Shown here in pieces: positions 59,822-64,000 of a DNA stretch of 64,000 nucleotides (position 1 is the first letter of the stretch; the number at the start of each line of letters is the position of its first letter). Source of the stretch: an uncultured bacterium (GTDB lineage: Bacteria; Babelota; Babeliae; Babelales; Babelaceae); assembly GCA_963713855.1 (NCBI GenBank), contig OY970209.1, positions 1,152,001-1,216,000 of the forward strand, read 5' to 3'. The position numbers were made by a program, and so were the translations under genes. Under the pieces are notes generated by a model. It ran no database searches. It was not told the origin of the DNA and was given only the letters and a program-made list of their open reading frames with translations.

Positions 59822-59909
59822 ATTAGTTCTTCAAAGCTTTACAAATTTCTCAAATAGCTTGCCAAATACTTTAGAAAATATTAGCATGCATGCCTAGATA
59901 ACGGTAAAT

Positions 59910-60425
59910 TTGAAAGGAAAAGCCTTGAAAATGTATATAACGTCTCTCCTTTTACTTATGGGCGTTTCAATACCGCTTTTTGCAAATGAAGAACCTTGTG
60001 CGCAAAATAGTGGCGCCAAATGCACTGAAAGTAGGCTCTGTCAAAAGTTTGGTCAAACACTCAAAGCACTGACAACGAATTTTGATGAGAAAAGCGGTCT
60101 ATGCATAGCCAATGTTCAAAGTCCTCTTGGCAAAGTAAAAATGAAGGGAGCGAAAAATCTGTCAGCAAAATTGTCAACATTTACCTTCGAAAATACGCGT
60201 TCAAACGCATCTGGCCTCGTAACCGGCCAAATAGCTGTCCGAAGAAGAGATCTTTCAAAGGCTCTCGCGATTCTAAAAAAAGACCCAAAGATACGCGTTT
60301 CAACTACAAGACACTTTAGGCACGTACGTCCCCACATACGTTACATATACGTACAGGCTCCTAGAGATTACGTTATTCGCTTTGCACGTAAGATGCGAGC
60401 TGTTCTTGAAGCAGTAAAGCAATAA
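59910..60425 (+). CDS. Exported protein, divergent DUF1259-like
   Basis: Signal peptide; VTGQIAV..DLSKALAILK..IRVST..P.IRYIY..FARKMRAVL resembles the DUF1259 pattern but lacks HNH. Confidence 0.55.
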   Translation: MKGKALKMYITSLLLLMGVSIPLFANEEPCAQNSGAKCTESRLCQKFGQTLKALTTNFDEKSGLCIANVQSPLGKVKMKGAKNLSAKLSTFTFENTRSNASGLVTGQIAVRRRDLSKALAILKKDPKIRVSTTRHFRHVRPHIRYIYVQAPRDYVIRFARKMRAVLEAVKQ

Positions 60426-60540
60426 GAGCTTAAAAGAGGGAAAAAGCCTTCCCCCCTTCTCGATACTTTCATTTTCGGAACGGACATGTTAAAGTGACAA
60501 AGTCACTTTGTCGAGAATGCTTTGCTATAAGGTAAAAGGG

Positions 60541-62928
60541 ATGAGAATACGGGCACATTTTTTGGCGCTTTTAGGCTTTTTTTGCTGGCATCAAGTGCAT
60601 GGCGCGATTTTTACGGTAACGTCCGCTGGCGACTCGGGCCCAAATACGCTCAGAGCAGCAATTACAAGTGCAAATGCCATTTCTCCCACAGCTTCAACGA
60701 TTAAATTCAATCTTCCATCGCCCTTTACTATTTTTCCCTTAACGCCTCTTCCAAACATCCATCCGAATATAACGATCGATGGTACAACTCAGCCCAATTT
60801 TATGGGCACGCCAATCGTTGTTGTGGATGGCGCGAGCACGTCAGGCAATGCTTTTAATCTGACGGGTGGCAACGATACAATAAAGAGCCTCGTTGTTAAT
60901 AACTGGACAGGCAACGGCATAAATGTCACTAGTTCTAATAACGTTATTTCGGGCTGTTTTATTGGTACTGATCCTACCGGTTCAGTCGCTGCACCTAATG
61001 GCGCCAATGGTATTTTCATCGACGCATCTCACAACACAGTTACCAACAACGTCATTTCTGGAAATGTTAGCGCGGGCATTTTTATCCACGCTGACAGAAG
61101 AGGTTTTTTCGTTACACAAATCACTATCCAACAAAATCTTATCGGAGTAAATGTGGCAGGAAATAGCCCTGTGCCAAACGCCACCGGTATCCACATGCTC
61201 GGTCAATCGGGGGCAGAAGTGAGGAATGTTCTTGTAGGTGGTCCGGGTCTTGGAAACGTTATTTCAGGTAATACCGGTATCGGCGTTCATGTAGACGTTT
61301 TGGCTGCGGCGGCCGTTATACAAGGAAATCATATAGGTACCGATAAGACCAACACGCTTAATCTGGCAAACGGTGCGAGCGGTATCAATCTCAGCCAGGA
61401 TGTCCTACCAGCTACTGAAGGAACACTCATTGGCGGAACCGCACCAGGACAGGCAAATGCTATTCTTTTTAACGGTAATGCTGGCGTATTGATGAATGGA
61501 AACACGTTCCTCAATACAGTGTTAGAAAACTCAATTTTTGGTAACGTTGGCGGGGCAATTGTGCTTTTAAATGGAGCAAATTGCGAACAACAAGCTCCAA
61601 CATTTAACAGCGCTCTTGAGTGCACGTCCGCAAATAGCCTTATAGTAAGTTTTACAGTACCCCCCGCTCCATCACCATGCCACGTAGCCACAAATCCCAA
61701 CTTTAGAGTTGAGCTTTTTAATACTCCGGTCAACGTACCTGAGGGGCTAACATTCTTAAAAGCTGACACGCCTGTTTCTTCTGGATCTACACAGTCCGTA
61801 ACTGTGCCTGGTTCCTTTACTGGATTTGTATCCGGTACTGCAACAAACCTAAACGCTGGCGGCGTCAATCCAGGAAACACCTCACCATTTGGGGCTCCGG
61901 TACCTATTGAAAGCGAAACAATGAGCGTCACGATCACCCAAATGCCACCAGGCACTATTTGTGCTGGTTCTTCTAAAGACCTTGTGGCAACTGTTTCAGG
62001 GGCTATCGGTACAAATTTTAAGTTTGTATGGTCTGATGGATTTACCCAAAATAACGTTCCATCACCCGCTACCCACGCGGTAAGCCCACAAACCAACACT
62101 CAATTTTTTGTTACCGCTAGCGATCTTACGACATCATGTATTGCTCAATCTGCTCCCATAACGGTCAATGTGGATAACCCCTCAGCAACGCTTACAGCAA
62201 GCCCCAACCTTGTTTGTAGGAACGAACAGGTTCACTTAAGCCTTACTATTCTTGGTGGGACCTCGCAATTTGATGTTGAGTGGTCGGACGGATTTAAGCA
62301 AACGAGTACAAGCTCCAAGATGCAGCGCGTCGTAACTCCTTTAACGACGACAACCTACTTTGCAACAATTACTGATTCTTCCGGCTGTATAGGCACATCC
62401 AATTCTGTTAAGGTAACGGTGTCGCACATTTCACCCGTAACGCTTGTTACCAATAAAACTACCATTATAGCAGGCCAAGCAGCAGTATTGACGGTCCTTT
62501 TTAGCGATACACAAACTCTCTTTTGGTCTGATGGCACTATAGACAAAAATGCCACATCTCCTTTTGAGCGCACCGTAAAACCCCAAAAAACAACAACGTA
62601 TACCGTTACTGCCCAAAATGCTGACGGGTGTCAATCTACATCTAACCCAGTCACCATTAAAGTAAAACCAGCTATTGTTGTTAACCTCGATCCTATTAAA
62701 AAATGCTTTTGCCCAGGCGAATGCGCAATAATCAGTGGTAGCATTAAGCGTGGAAAGCCGCCATTCACCCTGAGCTGGTCAGACAATAAGACTTTCAAAA
62801 TACATTCAAGAACCATAAAGCGCCAATTCTGCAAGACCAAATCAGCTTCTCTTGCTGTTACAGTCACTGATAGCGCGCACCACTCGGCAACCTCTAATAA
62901 AATTAAGGTAAAACGGTGCAAAATATAA
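60541..62928 (+). CDS. Exported parallel beta-helix + Ig-like repeat protein
   Basis: FTVTSAGDSGPNTLRAAI; NVISGN repeats; four WSD(G/N) Ig-like modules; paralog of 49598-51310. Confidence 0.85.
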   Translation: MRIRAHFLALLGFFCWHQVHGAIFTVTSAGDSGPNTLRAAITSANAISPTASTIKFNLPSPFTIFPLTPLPNIHPNITIDGTTQPNFMGTPIVVVDGASTSGNAFNLTGGNDTIKSLVVNNWTGNGINVTSSNNVISGCFIGTDPTGSVAAPNGANGIFIDASHNTVTNNVISGNVSAGIFIHADRRGFFVTQITIQQNLIGVNVAGNSPVPNATGIHMLGQSGAEVRNVLVGGPGLGNVISGNTGIGVHVDVLAAAAVIQGNHIGTDKTNTLNLANGASGINLSQDVLPATEGTLIGGTAPGQANAILFNGNAGVLMNGNTFLNTVLENSIFGNVGGAIVLLNGANCEQQAPTFNSALECTSANSLIVSFTVPPAPSPCHVATNPNFRVELFNTPVNVPEGLTFLKADTPVSSGSTQSVTVPGSFTGFVSGTATNLNAGGVNPGNTSPFGAPVPIESETMSVTITQMPPGTICAGSSKDLVATVSGAIGTNFKFVWSDGFTQNNVPSPATHAVSPQTNTQFFVTASDLTTSCIAQSAPITVNVDNPSATLTASPNLVCRNEQVHLSLTILGGTSQFDVEWSDGFKQTSTSSKMQRVVTPLTTTTYFATITDSSGCIGTSNSVKVTVSHISPVTLVTNKTTIIAGQAAVLTVLFSDTQTLFWSDGTIDKNATSPFERTVKPQKTTTYTVTAQNADGCQSTSNPVTIKVKPAIVVNLDPIKKCFCPGECAIISGSIKRGKPPFTLSWSDNKTFKIHSRTIKRQFCKTKSASLAVTVTDSAHHSATSNKIKVKRCKI

Positions 62929-63039
62929 GCTGACAGTTTTTTATGCACCTCACTCTCACTTTCAATTGACTCATGAGAATGTTCCTTGTTACACTTGCTA
63001 CGTCGATTTTTTGCGTACTCAAAGCGTTTTTAATGCATT

Positions 63040-64000
63040 ATGAAAAAATTAATTTTATATGTCGGGGTTTTTTCACTTATATCTTGCGCAACGATAAGCG
63101 TGTCTGTAACCAAAGCAGAGAAAGAGGCTGATCGTAATGAAAGGCTTTTAGCAAGGGCACGTGAGTTAAAAGAAGAAATTAAAAAGCTCGAAGCGCAACA
63201 TGATAGCTACTTCTATCACCAGTATCATAAAACCATTTCTCTCTTTTCATTTAACGTAGATATCGACACGCTCAACTTCCAGTCATATACAACCATACTC
63301 ACTTGCATCGTCTGTGCCTACCTTTCACGCATGGCAAGGCAGCATCGTACCATTTGGCGTGCAGTAGATGTCGAAATGGGAGACAAGCTTCTTTTTGCAC
63401 ATCAGCTTGAAGTTACAGAAGTTCCACCATTGATCTTCCCCGCCACTTCGTACATTTTCGAGAGCCTGGCTTACGCTACAGGCGCATGGGCCGCTTACGA
63501 TGTTGTACAAGAGCTCATTTTAAATGCACGCAGAGCCATAGATATAGGTCCACTTATTGAGCAAGAAAATATCGCTAAGAACGCTTTGCAGGCCCAAAAA
63601 GAAACTGCGCCTCCCGATACGTTGGTTGACAACAGTGACGCCGGTACTGACATCGAATCTCAACGCACAAGCAATATATGTCAATTGGAAGTGCCCTTAG
63701 TTTGCATAAATACATCAAAACCTCCAATAACGCCTCTAGAAATACCTTTGCCAATAGGAAGAGACGGAATCCTTCGCGAACCACTCATAAAGCCCGTAAG
63801 AGAACCAGCTTTGACAATGCAAAAGACCCATAAAAACCAGACTTCTTTCATTAATCGCCCAATACTTTCTCCATCTTACACGCTTATTCCCAACCTCATA
63901 CCCCAACAACAAATAAAAAATCCGCCTCAACCGTCCACGGCCCTCGTATTAGTACGCACACATGATAGCTCCCTTTTAAATGAACCAAAAGCACACCCCT
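63040..64000 (+). CDS. Exported or lipoprotein hypothetical, runs off the window end
   Basis: ATG 63040, MKKLILYVGVFSLISC..., no stop to 64000; absent from the ORF track because it is incomplete. Confidence 0.7.
   Translation, partial: MKKLILYVGVFSLISCATISVSVTKAEKEADRNERLLARARELKEEIKKLEAQHDSYFYHQYHKTISLFSFNVDIDTLNFQSYTTILTCIVCAYLSRMARQHRTIWRAVDVEMGDKLLFAHQLEVTEVPPLIFPATSYIFESLAYATGAWAAYDVVQELILNARRAIDIGPLIEQENIAKNALQAQKETAPPDTLVDNSDAGTDIESQRTSNICQLEVPLVCINTSKPPITPLEIPLPIGRDGILREPLIKPVREPALTMQKTHKNQTSFINRPILSPSYTLIPNLIPQQQIKNPPQPSTALVLVRTHDSSLLNEPKAHP

Noticed and set aside
61329..62099. 256-aa antisense ORF, and similar shadow ORFs (12100-12546, 22800-23231, 48321-48773, 53917-54390)
   Set aside because: Lie opposite well-supported genes and have no features of their own
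62910..62928. CaaX-like endings in other proteins (RCKI, ELCL, LATC)
   Set aside because: Cys is not at position -4

Overview
A 64-kb, gene-dense, AT-leaning bacterial region that is almost entirely accessory secretome. The only clear housekeeping gene is rarA/mgsA. Otherwise it holds about a dozen ankyrin or ankyrin-like proteins, five paralogous 7-blade beta-propeller genes plus decayed blade fragments, two beta-helix/Ig-like surface proteins, a delta-60 propeller, small Cys-rich exported proteins and exported enzymes (PI-PLC-like, histidine phosphatase, AslA-like arylsulfatase with its FGE). It also has a formaldehyde dehydrogenase, a vapBC pair, a decayed higBA pair, a Fic protein and an AlbA/HATPase/HTH protein. 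The content suggests an intracellular parasite of protists; Ca. Babeliae/Dependentiae (TM6) is my inference and is unverified. The most striking pattern is a candidate effector-addressing system. Twelve genes encode a Sec-type signal peptide followed closely by Met-Glu/Asp/Gln, the eukaryotic NatB-type N-terminus. Several of these and related proteins carry eukaryotic short motifs: an SV40-like NLS, Tup1/Groucho/Cyc8-type corepressor motifs, a C-terminal F-box-like motif, a CaaX box, CDK-type TP sites and an Inc-like hydrophobic hairpin. I saw no rRNA, tRNA, CRISPR array or transposase. All product calls come from motif recognition by eye, without database searches.
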